Shown here piece by piece: positions 17,417 to 28,539 of a stretch of DNA of 64,000 nt. Positions within the stretch are counted from its first letter, which is position 1. Each line of letters begins with the position of its first letter. The translations under genes and the position numbers were made by a program. The notes below the pieces were generated by a model that worked only from the letters and a program-made list of their open reading frames with translations, was not told the DNA's origin and made no database searches. The stretch comes from Candidatus Eiseniibacteriota bacterium (GTDB lineage: Bacteria; Eisenbacteria; RBG-16-71-46; SZUA-252), in assembly GCA_963703225.1 (NCBI GenBank), contig OY969801.1:2880001-2944000 (forward strand), read 5' to 3'.

Positions 17417-17457
17417 GACTGGATTTCCCGCCCTCTATGGTTGCGCGGCAACGACCC

Positions 17458-18450
17458 CTACGCCGCCTCGATCTTCTCGCCGAGCTTGTACCGGCTCACG
17501 TCCATGCCAAACTGGAGGTTCATGCTCGCGAGGATGTCGGCGATCTCCTTGAGCGACTTCCGGCCGAAGTTCCGATACTTGAGCATCTCGCCCTCGGACT
17601 TGGTCACCAGGTCGCCGATGGTCTTGATGTTGGCCGCCTTCAAGCAATTCGAAGACCGCACCGAAAGCTCCAGCTCCTCGACGCTCCGTTCGAGCAGCGT
17701 CTTGATCCGGAGGAACTCCTCGTCCACCTCCTCCTCCACCTCTTCGACGATCTCTTCCTCGAAGTGGACGAACAGGGCGAAGTGGTCTTTCAGGATCTTG
17801 GCGCCGTACGCGAGCGCGTCCGAGGGGATGACGCTTCCGTCGGTCCAGATCTCCAGCGTCAGCTTATCGTAGTCGATGCGCTGCCCGATCCGGGTGTTCT
17901 CAACCTCGAAATTCACCTTGGTGACGGGCGAGAACATCGAATCGACCGGCAGCACCCCGATGGGGCGGTCCTGGACGGCCTGGTTCTCGGCCGAGACATA
18001 GCCCCGTCCCGCGCCCACTTCGACCTCGGCGCGAAACTCCCCGTCCTTGTTGAGCGTGCAGATGTGCAGCTCGGGGTTCAGGACCTCGATGTCCGGGTCG
18101 GCCTTCAAGTCGCCCGCCTTGACGTCGTTCTTTCCGCGGGCGTCGAAGAGCGCCATCTTGGGCCCGTCGCTGTGGATCTTGAAGCGCATCTGCTTCAAGT
18201 TGAGGAGGATTTCGGGCACGTCCTCCTTGAGGCCGGGTAGCGTCGAGAACTCGTGCTGGACGCCCTCGATCTTGACGGCCATGACCGCGGCGCCCGGCAA
18301 GGACGAGAGGAGCACGCGCCGGAGCGCGTTCCCCAGCGTCACGCCGAATCCGCGCTCGAGCGGCTCGATCGTGAACTTGCCGTAACGGTTGGTCGAGGTC
18401 TTCTCTTCGGCCTCGACGTTCTTCGGCATCTGCAGATTCTTCCACTTCAT
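17458..18450 (-). CDS. rpoA: RNA polymerase alpha subunit
   Basis: EPLERGFGVTLGNALRRVLLSS, LELSVRSSNCL. Confidence 0.99.
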   Translation of the reverse strand: MKWKNLQMPKNVEAEEKTSTNRYGKFTIEPLERGFGVTLGNALRRVLLSSLPGAAVMAVKIEGVQHEFSTLPGLKEDVPEILLNLKQMRFKIHSDGPKMALFDARGKNDVKAGDLKADPDIEVLNPELHICTLNKDGEFRAEVEVGAGRGYVSAENQAVQDRPIGVLPVDSMFSPVTKVNFEVENTRIGQRIDYDKLTLEIWTDGSVIPSDALAYGAKILKDHFALFVHFEEEIVEEVEEEVDEEFLRIKTLLERSVEELELSVRSSNCLKAANIKTIGDLVTKSEGEMLKYRNFGRKSLKEIADILASMNLQFGMDVSRYKLGEKIEAA

Positions 18451-18477
18451 GGGATGTCTTCCCTCCCTACGCTTGCG

Positions 18478-19107
18478 TTACTTCGAGTAGAGCTCGACGA
18501 TGAGCTGCTCGGTCACCTTGGTCGGAATATTTCCACGCGTCGGGTACTCCAACAGCCGCCCCGACAGCTTCTCGGAATCGAGACTGAGCCAGCTCATCAT
18601 CTCGCGTCCCTTGCTGGCTTCCAGCGACGACTGAATCGCCGTGAGATCCTTGCTGCCCGGGCGGACGCGGATCTCGTCGCCCACCCGCACCGAGAACGAC
18701 GGTACGTCCACGATCCGCTCATTCACCGTGAAATGGCGGTGGCGCACCAGCTGGCGCGCGGAGGAGCGGGAAGGCGCGAATCCGAGGCGGAAGACCAGGT
18801 TGTCCAGCCGCCGCTCCAGGGCCAGCAACAGATTCTGCCCGGTCACGCCCTTCTGATGCTCCGCCTTGGCGAAGTAGTTCCGGAACTGCGCTTCCAAGAC
18901 GCCGTAGATCCGCCTTGTCTTCTGCTTCATACGGAGCTGCACGCCGTAGTTGGTCTCCTTGGGGCGCCGATCTTTTCCGTGCTCCCCAGGGGCATAGCCG
19001 CGGCGCTCGAATGCGCACTTCTCCGTAAAGCAGCGGGATCCCTTGAGGAAGAGCTTCTCTCCCTCCCGGCGGCAGAGCCGGCACTTTGCTTCGCGATAAG
19101 TCGCCAT
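18478..19107 (-). CDS. rpsD: 30S ribosomal protein S4 (Zn-binding type)
   Basis: CRLCRRE...C...[17 protein letters not shown]. Confidence 0.98.
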   Translation of the reverse strand: MATYREAKCRLCRREGEKLFLKGSRCFTEKCAFERRGYAPGEHGKDRRPKETNYGVQLRMKQKTRRIYGVLEAQFRNYFAKAEHQKGVTGQNLLLALERRLDNLVFRLGFAPSRSSARQLVRHRHFTVNERIVDVPSFSVRVGDEIRVRPGSKDLTAIQSSLEASKGREMMSWLSLDSEKLSGRLLEYPTRGNIPTKVTEQLIVELYSK

Positions 19108-19134
19108 AGTCTCGGTTTGCTCCTCCTTCGGCCG

Positions 19135-19569
19135 CTAGACGCGCCGCCGCTTGGGCGGGCGACAACCGTTGTGCGGAATCGGCGTGACATCCTTGATGGC
19201 GGAGATCTCGAGGCCGGCCGCCTGGAGCGAACGGATGGCCGCCTCGCGTCCCGCGCCCGGACCCTTCACCCACACTTCCACCTTCTTCAGCCCGAGCGAG
19301 ATGGCTTCCTTCGTCGCCGCTTCCGCGGCGATCTGCGCGGCGAAGGGAGTGCTCTTGCGCGAGCCCTTGAAACCGACTTTGCCGGCGCTGGCCCAGGAGA
19401 CCGTATGGCCGTCCATGTCGGCGATGGTGACGATGGTGTTGTTGAACGTCGAATGGACGTGGGCGATTCCGTTGATGCCCACCTTCCGCTCGCGCTTCTT
19501 CTTCGGCTTGGGCGTCGCCGTCGGCGCCGCTGGCGCCGCGGGTGCCGCTGCTTGCTGTTGCTCGGCCAC
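19135..19569 (-). CDS. rpsK: 30S ribosomal protein S11
   Basis: [27 protein letters not shown]. Confidence 0.98.
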   Translation of the reverse strand: MAEQQQAAAPAAPAAPTATPKPKKKRERKVGINGIAHVHSTFNNTIVTIADMDGHTVSWASAGKVGFKGSRKSTPFAAQIAAEAATKEAISLGLKKVEVWVKGPGAGREAAIRSLQAAGLEISAIKDVTPIPHNGCRPPKRRRV

Positions 19570-19603
19570 TACGCTCTCTCCTTCGTCTGGGTTCGGCTCA
19601 ACA

Positions 19604-20014
19604 TCAACCCGCCGGCTTCGGCGCGGGCCTCTTGGCGGCGACCGCCACCTTGCGAACGGCGCCTGCCGTCTTCTTGGGTCCCTTGCGCGTGCGCGCGTTG
19701 GTGCGGGTACGCTGCCCGCGCGCCGGCAGATTCTTCCGATGGCGCAGCCCGCGGTAAGCGCCGATGTCCATCAATCGCTTGATCGACATCGCCACTTCGC
19801 TGCGGCGCGCTCCCTCGACCTTGAACTGGCTCTCGATCATCTGACGGAGGCGCTGGACATCCTCTTCCGTCAGGGCCTTCACGCGGGTGTCCGGATTCAC
19901 GCCGGTCAACTTGACGATCTTCCGCGCGGACGAATGGCCGATCCCAAAGATGTAGGTCAGCCCGATGACGATGCGCTTGTCGTTGGGTAGATCGACGCCT
20001 GCAATACGAGCCAA
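19604..20014 (-). CDS. rpsM: 30S ribosomal protein S13
   Basis: [33 protein letters not shown] start. Confidence 0.98.
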   Translation of the reverse strand: MARIAGVDLPNDKRIVIGLTYIFGIGHSSARKIVKLTGVNPDTRVKALTEEDVQRLRQMIESQFKVEGARRSEVAMSIKRLMDIGAYRGLRHRKNLPARGQRTRTNARTRKGPKKTAGAVRKVAVAAKRPAPKPAG

Positions 20015-20029
20015 AGTGCTCCTCCTATC

Positions 20030-20143
20030 CTAACCCTGGCGCTGCTTGTGGCGCGGGTTCTTGCAGATGATGCGCACGACGCCCTTGCGCCGGACCACCT
20101 TGCAGCTGTCGCAGATCTTCGTAACCGATGCTTTCACCTTCAT
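20030..20143 (-). CDS. rpmJ: 50S ribosomal protein L36
   Basis: Manually translated [37 protein letters not shown]. Confidence 0.97.
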   Translation of the reverse strand: MKVKASVTKICDSCKVVRRKGVVRIICKNPRHKQRQG

Positions 20144-20157
20144 GGCGATTCCATTCC

Positions 20158-20376
20158 CTATTTGTAGCGGTAGATGATTCTCCCGCGGGTTAAATCGTAC
20201 GGCGACAACTCCACCGTGACCTTGTCTCCGGGCAGGATCTTGATGAAGTTCATCCGCATCTTGCCCGAGATATGCGCGAGCACCTTGTGTCCGTTCTCCA
20301 GCTCCACCCGAAACATCGCGTTGGGAAGGGGCTCGAGCACCGTCCCCTCAACCTGGACGCCTTCCTCTTTCGCCAT
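20158..20376 (-). CDS. infA: translation initiation factor IF-1
   Basis: MAKEEG...[14 protein letters not shown]...[10 protein letters not shown]. Confidence 0.98.
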   Translation of the reverse strand: MAKEEGVQVEGTVLEPLPNAMFRVELENGHKVLAHISGKMRMNFIKILPGDKVTVELSPYDLTRGRIIYRYK

Positions 20377-20380
20377 TCCC

Positions 20381-21139
20381 TCAGTTCGCCTCGACCAGGG
20401 AAAGCACCTCGGGCCCATCCGGGCCGATCGCGACGGTGTGCTCGAAATGGGCGGAGATCTTTCGATCGACCGTCACCACCGTCCACTGGTCGGCAAGCGT
20501 CACGACGTCCGCGGCGCCCGCGTTGACCATCGGCTCGATCGCCAGGGCCATCCCCTCTTCCAGCACAGCGCCTTCCCCGGGCCGTCCGTAGTTCGGGACC
20601 TGGGGATCCTCGTGAAGCTCCCGGCCAATTCCGTGGCCCACGAGCGCGCGCACGACGCTGAACCCGTTCCCCTTCACTTCCTGCTCGATCGCGGCGGAGA
20701 TGTCGGAGAGCCGCCCGCCGTCGCGCGCGCGGCTGATGCCCTTGGTCAGCGCCCGCTCCGTGATCTCCAAGAGCCTCGCCGCCTCCGCCGAGATCGTCCC
20801 CACCGGAAAGGTCCGCGCGGCATCGCCATACCAGCCGTTCTTCCGCACGCCGATGTCCAGCGACACGATATCCCCTTCCTTGAGGACACGCTTCGCGGTC
20901 GGAATCCCGTGCACCACCTCCTCGTTCACCGATGCGCAGATGCTCGCGGGATACCCGCGGTAGCCTTTGAACGCCGGCTCGCCACCCTGATCGCGGATGA
21001 ACTGATCCGCGAGCCGGTCGAGCTGAAGCGTGGTCACGCCGGGACGGATCTCACGCTCGAGCATCTGGAGGCACTTCGCCACGATTCGCGCGCTCTCCCG
21101 GATACCGGCGACCTCGTCCTGCGTGTTGATCCGAATCAT
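20381..21139 (-). CDS. map: methionine aminopeptidase type I
   Basis: [37 protein letters not shown]. Confidence 0.97.
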   Translation of the reverse strand: MIRINTQDEVAGIRESARIVAKCLQMLEREIRPGVTTLQLDRLADQFIRDQGGEPAFKGYRGYPASICASVNEEVVHGIPTAKRVLKEGDIVSLDIGVRKNGWYGDAARTFPVGTISAEAARLLEITERALTKGISRARDGGRLSDISAAIEQEVKGNGFSVVRALVGHGIGRELHEDPQVPNYGRPGEGAVLEEGMALAIEPMVNAGAADVVTLADQWTVVTVDRKISAHFEHTVAIGPDGPEVLSLVEAN

Positions 21140-21161
21140 CGGTGATTCACTCCTCCGCCGC

Positions 21162-21809
21162 TCACGCGGCGACTTTTCCAATCGCCCGCTCGATTGCCGT
21201 GTAAACCTGACCCGCGGGACCCGAGGCGTCGATGTTCTGAAGCGTCCCTTCGCGCTGGTAGTACGCCACGAGGGGCGCGGTCTCTCTCTCGTACACCTCG
21301 AGCCGCGTGCGCACCGTCGCGGGCTGGTCGTCGGCCCGCTGCTTCAAGGCGCCCCCGCACCGGTCGCATATTCCGGCGACCTTGGGCGGGGCCGTCTTCA
21401 AGTTGTAGATCGCACCGCACTGCCCGCAGAGCCAGCGATCTTGAAGCCTGGCCACCACGGTTTCCGCCGGCACCACCAAATTCACCACGCGATCGATGTT
21501 CCGATCGCCCAAGAGCTTCTTCAGCCCCTCGGCCTGCGCGATGGTCCGCGGAAAGCCGTCGAGCAGGAACCCGTTCCGGGCGTCGTGGAGACCGATCCGG
21601 GTCTCGATCAGGCCCAGCACCGTCTCGTCCGCGACCAGCCGTCCCGCCTTCACGTCCGCCTGGGCCGCCAGGCCCAGATGCGTTTCCTGCGCGATCGCCT
21701 CGCGGAGGATGTCCCCCGTCGAGATGAGCGGCAGGCTCAGCTTCTCCGCCAGCCGCTTCCCATGCGTCCCCTTGCCGCTCCCCGGAGGGCCGAGGAGCAC
21801 CACCCTCAT
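21162..21809 (-). CDS. adk: adenylate kinase (Zn-binding LID)
   Basis: GPPGSGKGT, FLLDGFPRT, CGQC...CDRC. Confidence 0.97.
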   Translation of the reverse strand: MRVVLLGPPGSGKGTHGKRLAEKLSLPLISTGDILREAIAQETHLGLAAQADVKAGRLVADETVLGLIETRIGLHDARNGFLLDGFPRTIAQAEGLKKLLGDRNIDRVVNLVVPAETVVARLQDRWLCGQCGAIYNLKTAPPKVAGICDRCGGALKQRADDQPATVRTRLEVYERETAPLVAYYQREGTLQNIDASGPAGQVYTAIERAIGKVAA

Positions 21810-21816
21810 CGGCGGC

Positions 21817-21899
21817 TCCCGCCGAACCCGCTCCGGCCGACCACATTCCCGCCGAACCCACTCCGGCCGACCACATCCCCGCCGAAGCCGCTCCGGCCG
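21817..21899. repeat. 30-bp tandem repeat (~2.8 copies) between secY and adk
   Basis: cccgccgaa(c/g)cc(g/a)ctccggccg(accacat) recurring at 21818, 21848, 21878. Confidence 0.9.
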
Positions 21900-21912
21900 G
21901 TCTCGCTCCGGC

Positions 21913-23220
21913 TCAGCGGCGGCCCCGCATCTTTCCGTGCGTCACAAAGCCCTCGTAGTGGCGCGCGATCAGGTGCGTCTCGATCTGCTGCAGCGTGTCG
22001 AGCGCGACGCCCACCACGATCAGCACGCTCGTCCCGCCGAAATAGAACGGAACGTTGAATCGCCGGATCAGGATGTCCGGCAGCACCGCGATCAGCGCCA
22101 GGAAGATCGCTCCGGGCAGCGTGATGCGCGAAAGAATGCGATCCATATACTCGGCGGTCTTCCGGCCCGGCCGAATCCCCGGCACGAACCCGCCGAACTT
22201 CTTCATGTTGTCCGCCATGTCCGTCGGGTTCAGGACGATCGCGGTATAGAAGTACGTGAAAAAGATGATCGTGAGCGAATAGAAAACCACGTAGATCCAG
22301 GTGCCGTGCGAGAACCAACCGGCGATCGTCTGGATCGCCATGTTTCCCCCGAAATAGATCGCCAGCGTCCCCGGAAGCATGATCAACGACTGGGCAAAGA
22401 TGATCGGGATGACGCCCGCGGTGTTCACCCTCAGCGGGATGTAGCTGCTCTGGCCGCCGTACATCTTCCGACCCACGACCCGCTTCGCGTACTGGACCGG
22501 GATCTTCCGTTGCGCCTGCGTCATGGCCACCACCGAGGCGATGACGCCGACCATGATGAGCAGCATGAGCGCGGCCACCACCGGCGACAGCGTCCCCACG
22601 CGGAGCGCCCGGATCGAGTTCACGATGTCGGCCGGGAAGCGCGCCACGATCCCGATGAAGATGATCAGCGAGATCCCGTTTCCAATGCCGTGCTCGGTGA
22701 TCTGCTCTCCCAGCCACATGATGAGAATCGTCCCGGCCGTCTGGGTGATCATCGTCATGAGCTGGAATCCGATCCCCGGGTGCGGCACCACCGGCGCGCC
22801 GGCCGAGCCCATCGATTCCAGAAACTTCGCGAACGCGAGCGACTGCACCGCGGCCAACGCCACGGTCCCGACGCGCGTGTACTGCGTGATCTTCTTTCGG
22901 CCCTCTTCCCCCTCCTTCTGGAGCTTCTCGAAGTAGGGGATCACCGCTCCCAAAAGCTGGAAGATGATCGAGACCGAGATGTACGGCATGATCCCGAGCG
23001 CGAACACGGTCGCCTTGGCAAAGCTCCCGCCGACGAACAGATCGTAGAGCCCGAAGAGCGAATTCGCCTGGCTCGCGAATGCCGCGACGAGCGCTTCGCT
23101 GTTCACACCCGGCGTGGGGATGTGTCCGCCCAGCCGGTAAACGCAGAGCAGCGCGATCGTGTAGAGAACTTTCCGCTTGAGAACCGGGACCCGGAATATG
23201 TTTTGGAGCTTCTCTAACAT
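21913..23220 (-). CDS. secY: preprotein translocase SecY
   Basis: FALGIMPYIS, WLGEQITEHGIGNGISLIIF, GIRPG, GGTSVLIVVGV. Confidence 0.99.
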   Translation of the reverse strand: MLEKLQNIFRVPVLKRKVLYTIALLCVYRLGGHIPTPGVNSEALVAAFASQANSLFGLYDLFVGGSFAKATVFALGIMPYISVSIIFQLLGAVIPYFEKLQKEGEEGRKKITQYTRVGTVALAAVQSLAFAKFLESMGSAGAPVVPHPGIGFQLMTMITQTAGTILIMWLGEQITEHGIGNGISLIIFIGIVARFPADIVNSIRALRVGTLSPVVAALMLLIMVGVIASVVAMTQAQRKIPVQYAKRVVGRKMYGGQSSYIPLRVNTAGVIPIIFAQSLIMLPGTLAIYFGGNMAIQTIAGWFSHGTWIYVVFYSLTIIFFTYFYTAIVLNPTDMADNMKKFGGFVPGIRPGRKTAEYMDRILSRITLPGAIFLALIAVLPDILIRRFNVPFYFGGTSVLIVVGVALDTLQQIETHLIARHYEGFVTHGKMRGRR

Positions 23221-23229
23221 CTCCCCTGC

Positions 23230-23718
23230 CTACGCCTTTGCTTCCCGCGGCACGCCGCGCGGCCGGTACACCTTGGGCGTCGGGAGCGTCACGGTGCCCC
23301 CCGCCGCTTCGATCTTGCCCCTCGCGGAGGCGCTGACGCCGTCCACCATCACGGTGAGCGCCGCCGCCACCTCTCCGTTGCCCAGGATCTTGACCGGCAA
23401 GGTGGTCCGCCCGATCAGGCGCTTCGCCTTCAAGCTCTCGCGGTTCACCGTCTCCCCCATCGCGAAGCGGGAGAGGGAGGCCACGTTCACGACCTGGAAG
23501 GCCACGCGCGTGGGGTTCTTGAAGCCCACCTTGGGCAGACGCCGCTGGATGGGCATCTGGCCGCCCTCAAACCAGCGGGCCACCTTGCCTCCGGTCCGCG
23601 CGAGCTGGCCCTTGTGGCCCTTGCCCGCGGTGCCGCCGAGGCCCGACGCGGGTCCCAACCCCCGACGCTTCCGATCGCGGGTGGCCCCTTTGGCCGGCTT
23701 GATCTGTCCGATTCTCAT
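23230..23718 (-). CDS. rplO: 50S ribosomal protein L15
   Basis: GKGHKGQ, FEGGQMPIQRRLPKVGF. Confidence 0.97.
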   Translation of the reverse strand: MRIGQIKPAKGATRDRKRRGLGPASGLGGTAGKGHKGQLARTGGKVARWFEGGQMPIQRRLPKVGFKNPTRVAFQVVNVASLSRFAMGETVNRESLKAKRLIGRTTLPVKILGNGEVAAALTVMVDGVSASARGKIEAAGGTVTLPTPKVYRPRGVPREAKA

Positions 23719-23963
23719 GACGCCGCCTTCTTGGATTTTCGGGCCTTGCCCGTTGATTTCCGGGTCTTGCCGGCCGCGCCGCCCGTGGCAGGCTCGACGC
23801 GAACCAGGTAATCGACCTGGGCTACCATGCCGCGAATCTGCGGCGTGTCTTCCTGGATCACGAAATGGTTCACGCGGCGGAGCCCCAACGCCTCGAGGGT
23901 CCGCTTGTGCTTTTCGATGCAGCGGATCTTGCTCCGCTCCTGCGTGATCTTAATTTTGGACAT
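23715..23963 (-). CDS. rpmD: 50S ribosomal protein L30
   Basis: LEALGLRR...DTPQIRGM; position in the spc operon. Confidence 0.95.
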   Translation of the reverse strand: MSKIKITQERSKIRCIEKHKRTLEALGLRRVNHFVIQEDTPQIRGMVAQVDYLVRVEPATGGAAGKTRKSTGKARKSKKAAS

Positions 23964-24504
23964 CGCCCTCTACCTTGCGGCGGATCCCCAACAGCTCGTC
24001 CACGGTCTTTCCGCGCAGCGCGGCGACGTCGGCCGCGCGGCGAAGCCCTTGAAGCCCCTTCACCGTGGCCTTGACCACGTTGTGCGGGTTGCTCGAGCCG
24101 AGCGACTTGGTGAGGATGTCCTGAATCCCCGCGGCTTCGAGCACGGCGCGGATGGCGCCGCCCGCGATGACGCCGGTTCCGGCGCTCGCCGGCTTCATAA
24201 AGACCCGGCCGGCGCCGAAGTGGCCCGTCACCTCGTGAGGAATCGTGGTGCGGCGGAGCGGCACCTCGAACATCCGCTTCTTGGCCGATTCGCCCGCCTT
24301 GCGGATGGCGTCCGCCACTTCGTTCGCCTTGCCCAGCCCCACGCCCACCTTCCCCTTGCCGTCCCCCACCGCCACGATGGCGTTAAAGCTGAACCGTCGC
24401 CCGCCCTTCACGACCTTGGCGACGCGATTGACATGAATGACGCGCTCGATGAACTCCGAGTCCGTCTGCTGCATCGAGCGGCCGCGCATTCCTGGATGAG
24501 CCAT
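23950..24504 (-). CDS. rpsE: 30S ribosomal protein S5
   Basis: [23 protein letters not shown]. Confidence 0.98.
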   Translation of the reverse strand: MAHPGMRGRSMQQTDSEFIERVIHVNRVAKVVKGGRRFSFNAIVAVGDGKGKVGVGLGKANEVADAIRKAGESAKKRMFEVPLRRTTIPHEVTGHFGAGRVFMKPASAGTGVIAGGAIRAVLEAAGIQDILTKSLGSSNPHNVVKATVKGLQGLRRAADVAALRGKTVDELLGIRRKVEGDVQN

Positions 24505-24512
24505 GAATTCTC

Positions 24513-24887
24513 CTAAAAGGTCAGACCGCCCTCGCGGGCGCCGTCGGCGACCGCTTTGACGCGGCCGTGATACAGGTACCCGCCGCGGTCAAAGCAGACC
24601 CGGGCGATCCCCTTCTCCTTGGCGATCGCGGCGACGGCCTTGCCGACAATCTTGCCCGCCCCGACCTTTCCCTTGGCCGTCTTCACCTCGGTCGCCAAAC
24701 CCTTGTCGAGTGAGGAGACGGTCAGAATCGTCCGGCCGGCCAGATCGTCGACCAGCTGGGCGTAAATGTGATTCAGGCTGCGAAAGACGACCAAGCGCGG
24801 GCGCTCCGCCGTACCCCGGACCTTTCGGCGGATCCGAAGGTGGCGCCGCTCCCGCCCCCGCAATCTTGGTGTGGCCGCTGATTTCAT
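24513..24887 (-). CDS. rplR: 50S ribosomal protein L18
   Basis: [23 protein letters not shown]. Confidence 0.98.
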   Translation of the reverse strand: MKSAATPRLRGRERRHLRIRRKVRGTAERPRLVVFRSLNHIYAQLVDDLAGRTILTVSSLDKGLATEVKTAKGKVGAGKIVGKAVAAIAKEKGIARVCFDRGGYLYHGRVKAVADGAREGGLTF

Positions 24888-24924
24888 CGCTTGGCTCTCA
24901 CGTTAGCCGGACCCTGGCCGTGGC

Positions 24925-25476
24925 CTAGGCGGTCTTCCCGCCGGCGGCCTTGCCCGCCTTCCGCCGGACGTACTCCCCGGCGTATCGAATGCCCTTCCCC
25001 TTGTATGGCTCGGGCGGACGGTATCCACGGATGTTCGCGGCCACCTGTCCGACCAGCTCCTTGTTGAATCCGCTGACGATGACCTTGGTCGGCCCGTCGA
25101 TCGCGACCGTGATGCCCGAGGGCGGGTCGAACTCGATCGGATGCGAAAACCCGAGCTGGAGCGTGAGCTTCTTCCCGCTCATCTGCGCCCGGTAGCCGGT
25201 CCCCTGGATCTCCAGCGTCTTGGAAAACCCCTTCGTCACGCCCGCGACCATGTTCGCGATCACCGCTCGCGTCGTGCCGTGGAGCGCCAGCGCCTGCTTG
25301 CCGCCGCCCACCTGGCTCACGAGCACGGTCTGCGGCTCCACCTTCACGTCGACGCCGTGCGCCAGCGCGAACGTCAGCTCGCCCTTCGGTCCCTTGACGT
25401 GGACCGAGCCCCCGTCGCGCGTCACCTGGACGCCGGACGGGATCTCGATCGGCTTCTTGCCTACTCGTGACGGCAT
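24925..25476 (-). CDS. rplF: 50S ribosomal protein L6
   Basis: SRVGKKPI, LGFSHP, PEPYKGKGIRY. Confidence 0.98.
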   Translation of the reverse strand: MPSRVGKKPIEIPSGVQVTRDGGSVHVKGPKGELTFALAHGVDVKVEPQTVLVSQVGGGKQALALHGTTRAVIANMVAGVTKGFSKTLEIQGTGYRAQMSGKKLTLQLGFSHPIEFDPPSGITVAIDGPTKVIVSGFNKELVGQVAANIRGYRPPEPYKGKGIRYAGEYVRRKAGKAAGGKTA

Positions 25477-25485
25477 CGCTCGCTC

Positions 25486-25884
25486 CTACCAGATGCGACA
25501 GAGGTACTCGCCGCCGAGCCCCTCTTCGCGCGCCTCGTGGTCGGTCATGATCCCAGACGGCGTCGAGATGAGCGCGGTGCCCAACCCTCCCTGCACCCTC
25601 GGGATCTCGTGGCGCCGGATGTAGACGCGGCGTCCGGGCTTGCTCACCCGCTCGATGCCCTGGATCACGGGGCGCTCCTTCTGGTCGTACTTGAGATAGA
25701 TGCGCAAGATGCCCCGCTTCTTGTCATCGATCGACTTGTAGTTGTTGATGTACTTCTCCCGCAGCAGGACGCGCACCACCTCGGCCTTGTGCTTGGACGT
25801 GGGGACGTCCACCTTCTTGTGCTTCGCCTTGCAGGCGTTGCGGATGCAGGTCAATAGGTCCGCAATGGGATCGCTAACCGACAT
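25486..25884 (-). CDS. rpsH: 30S ribosomal protein S8
   Basis: DPIADLLT, SKPGRRVY, GLGGE. Confidence 0.98.
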   Translation of the reverse strand: MSVSDPIADLLTCIRNACKAKHKKVDVPTSKHKAEVVRVLLREKYINNYKSIDDKKRGILRIYLKYDQKERPVIQGIERVSKPGRRVYIRRHEIPRVQGGLGTALISTPSGIMTDHEAREEGLGGEYLCRIW

Positions 25885-25938
25885 GGTCTCCCTTCACGCT
25901 TCGGGCTCTCGCCCGGGCTCCAATTTCCGTTTCGATGC

Positions 25939-26124
25939 CTACCAGCTCGCCTTCACCACGCCCGGGACCTGGCCCAAGAGGGCGAGTTCCCGGAAGCAAA
26001 TGCGGCAGAGGCCAAAGTCCCGCAGAAAGCCGCGGGGCCTGCCGCACCGGTGGCAGCGGTTGTAGCGGCGCACCTTGAACTTGGGCGTCCGCTTCCATTT
26101 CTCGACGATCGACTTCTTGGCCAA
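25939..26124 (-). CDS. rpsN: 30S ribosomal protein S14 type Z
   Basis: 61 aa; [17 protein letters not shown]. Confidence 0.97.
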   Translation of the reverse strand: MAKKSIVEKWKRTPKFKVRRYNRCHRCGRPRGFLRDFGLCRICFRELALLGQVPGVVKASW

Positions 26125-26152
26125 AATCGCTCCTTTGGCGCCTCGAGGCGCT

Positions 26153-26866
26153 CTAGCGCTGACGGAAGGGCATGTTCATCAACCGCAGAAGCTCCTGCCC
26201 CTCCTCGTCGGTCTTGGCCGACGTGACGAACGTGATGTCCATCCCCCGGATCTTCTCGACCTTGTCGTAGTTGATCTCCGGAAAGATGATCTGCTCCGTC
26301 AGGCCGATGGTGTAGTTCCCGCGACCGTCGAACGAGCGCATGGGCACGCCGCGGAAATCGCGGATACGCGGCAGCGCCACGTTCACCAGCCGGTCGTAAA
26401 ACTCGTACATCCTCGCGCCGCGCAGGGTCACCATGCAGCCGATGGGCTGGCCCTGGCGCAGCTTGAAATTGGCGATCGACTTCTTGGCGCGCCGGATCGC
26501 CGCCTTCTGCCCCGCGATGGTCGAAAGCTCCCCCGCGGCGGTGTCGAGTAGCTTGATGTTCTGAAGGGCGTCACCCACGCCCATGTTCACGACGATCTTG
26601 CGAAGCCGCGGCGCCTGCATCGGGTTCCGGTAGCTGAACCGCTTGACCAGCTCGGGGAGCACGTTCTTCTCGTAGTGCTCCTTGAGCCTCGGAACCCGCG
26701 CCGGAGGCTCGGCCTCGCCGATGACCGGGCCGGCGGCGGCAGCGGCCTCCTTCCCCTTGCTCTTCTTCTTGGATGCGGCAGGGGCGGCCTTCTGCTTCGC
26801 GTCGCCCTTGGGCTTCGCTTCCTTCTTGTCCTTGTCCTTCTTGTCCTTCTCTTTGTCGTCAGCCAT
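26153..26866 (-). CDS. rplE: 50S ribosomal protein L5 with long Lys-rich N-terminal extension
   Basis: [28 protein letters not shown] overlaps the rplX stop. Confidence 0.97.
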   Translation of the reverse strand: MADDKEKDKKDKDKKEAKPKGDAKQKAAPAASKKKSKGKEAAAAAGPVIGEAEPPARVPRLKEHYEKNVLPELVKRFSYRNPMQAPRLRKIVVNMGVGDALQNIKLLDTAAGELSTIAGQKAAIRRAKKSIANFKLRQGQPIGCMVTLRGARMYEFYDRLVNVALPRIRDFRGVPMRSFDGRGNYTIGLTEQIIFPEINYDKVEKIRGMDITFVTSAKTDEEGQELLRLMNMPFRQR

Positions 26867-27189
26867 CACTTCACTCTCGGAATCGTTTCGCCGCAGCGCT
26901 TGCAGTACCGTTCCCGCTCGCCGTCGGACGTGGCCTTCATGGTGATCCGCACGCCGGTCTGGCACTTGGGGCAGAGGTGCATCGCGTTGGAAGGATTGAC
27001 CGAGGCCTCCTTCTCCAAGATTCCCCCCTGCCGCTGCTGGCCGCGCGGCTTGGTGTGACGCTTCACAAAGTTGATCTTCTCGACGATGAGACGACCGGAT
27101 CCACGCACGACTTTCAGGATCCTTCCGCTCTTACCCTTGTCGTCCCCGGCGATCATGATCACCTGGTCGTTCCTGCGAAAATGAGTCAT
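26866..27189 (-). CDS. rplX: 50S ribosomal protein L24
   Basis: [26 protein letters not shown]. Confidence 0.96.
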   Translation of the reverse strand: MTHFRRNDQVIMIAGDDKGKSGRILKVVRGSGRLIVEKINFVKRHTKPRGQQRQGGILEKEASVNPSNAMHLCPKCQTGVRITMKATSDGERERYCKRCGETIPRVK

Positions 27190-27197
27190 CGTTTCCC

Positions 27198-27566
27198 TCA
27201 GATCACTTCCGGAGCGAGCGAGATGATCTTCATGAACTCGCGCTCACGGAGCTCGCGGGCCACGGGGCCGAAGATGCGGGTCCCCTTGGGCTCCTTTTGG
27301 TCGTCGATCAAGACGGCCGCGTTCTGGTCGAACCGGATGTAGCTGCCGTCCCGGCGCCGGACTTCCTTGACGGTCCGGATGAGCACCGCCTTATGGACGT
27401 CCCCCTTCTTGACGGCCGCACCGGGAAGCGCGTCCTGGATCGAGACGACGATGATGTCGCCGAGCCGGCCATAGCGCTTCCGCGTGCCGCCGAGGACCTT
27501 CACGACGCGCGCGACGCGCGCGCCGGAATTGTCCGATATCGCGATGATGCTGCGAGGTTGAACCAT
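27198..27566 (-). CDS. rplN: 50S ribosomal protein L14
   Basis: [25 protein letters not shown]. Confidence 0.98.
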   Translation of the reverse strand: MVQPRSIIAISDNSGARVARVVKVLGGTRKRYGRLGDIIVVSIQDALPGAAVKKGDVHKAVLIRTVKEVRRRDGSYIRFDQNAAVLIDDQKEPKGTRIFGPVARELREREFMKIISLAPEVI

Positions 27567-27593
27567 GGCTCCGCCGTCTCCCTCCCGCCCCCG

Positions 27594-27869
27594 TCAGCGC
27601 TCGACCCGCGTGACAAAGTCGAGGAGCCTCCAGCGCTTGTCCTTGCTCAGGGGCCGGGTCTCCATGAAGCGGACCACGTCACCCACCTTGCATTCGCTCT
27701 TCTCGTCATGGACCTTGAACCGGTTCCGGCGGCGCACGTACTTGCCGTACGTGACGTGCTTCACCAGGCGCTCGATGGTCACGACGGCCGTCTTGGTCAT
27801 GGAATTGCTCACGACCGTTCCGATCATCACCTTCCGCTTGCCGCGGTCTTCCGCTTTCTTCTCCGTCAC
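27594..27869 (-). CDS. rpsQ: 30S ribosomal protein S17
   Basis: GTVVSNSMTKT, ETRPLSKDKRWRL. Confidence 0.97.
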   Translation of the reverse strand: MTEKKAEDRGKRKVMIGTVVSNSMTKTAVVTIERLVKHVTYGKYVRRRNRFKVHDEKSECKVGDVVRFMETRPLSKDKRWRLLDFVTRVER

Positions 27870-28102
27870 GCCTTGGTCTCTCCGTGCCCGGCGAGCTTGC
27901 GAATGCCCTTCCGGTGCTCCGTCAGAATGGTGATGAGCCGCGCGATGTCGTGCCGCTTCTCGCGGATCGAGACGGGGTTCTGCAGCTGGCGCATCGAGTT
28001 CCGGAAGCGGAGATTGAACATCTCTTCCTCCAGCGCCTTGACCTTGGCGACGATTTCCTCCTCGGTCATGTCGCGGATCTTCTCTGCCTTCAGTTCGCGC
28101 AT
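27866..28102 (-). CDS. rpmC: 50S ribosomal protein L29
   Basis: EMFNLRF..QLQNP..IARLITI. Confidence 0.95.
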   Translation of the reverse strand: MRELKAEKIRDMTEEEIVAKVKALEEEMFNLRFRNSMRQLQNPVSIREKRHDIARLITILTEHRKGIRKLAGHGETKA

Positions 28103-28104
28103 CC

Positions 28105-28527
28105 TTAGGTCCCCGCCAGTTCGTGCCGCTCGACGAACTTCGTCTTGATCGGCAGCTTGCTCGCGCCCAGCTTCATCGCCTTGCGCGCGAGCTCGTTGCT
28201 GATCCCTTCCAGCTCAAAGAGGACGCGGCCAGGCTTGACCACCGCCACCCAAAACTCGGGCGCGCCCTTTCCCTTGCCCATTCGCGTCTCGGCCGGCTTC
28301 ACCGTCACCGGCTTGTCCGGAAAGATCCGGATCCACATCTTGCCGCCGCGCTTGATGAAGCGCGTGATGGCGACGCGGGCGGCCTCGATCTGCCGGTTGG
28401 TGATCCAAGCCGCTTCCAGCGCCTGAAGCCCATACTCCCCGAACGCGACCGTGGAGCCGGTGTACGCCTTGCCCTTCCGGCGCCCGCGCATCTGCTTCCT
28501 GTGCTTGACCCGCTTCGGTACCAGCAC
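28105..28527 (-). CDS. rplP: 50S ribosomal protein L16
   Basis: QIEAAR, RMGKGKG. Confidence 0.98.
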   Translation of the reverse strand: MLVPKRVKHRKQMRGRRKGKAYTGSTVAFGEYGLQALEAAWITNRQIEAARVAITRFIKRGGKMWIRIFPDKPVTVKPAETRMGKGKGAPEFWVAVVKPGRVLFELEGISNELARKAMKLGASKLPIKTKFVERHELAGT

Positions 28528-28539
28528 CGCTGACTCCCG

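Noticed and set aside
21817..21899. CRISPR interpretation of the secY-adk repeat
   Set aside because: Pure tandem repeat with no unique spacers
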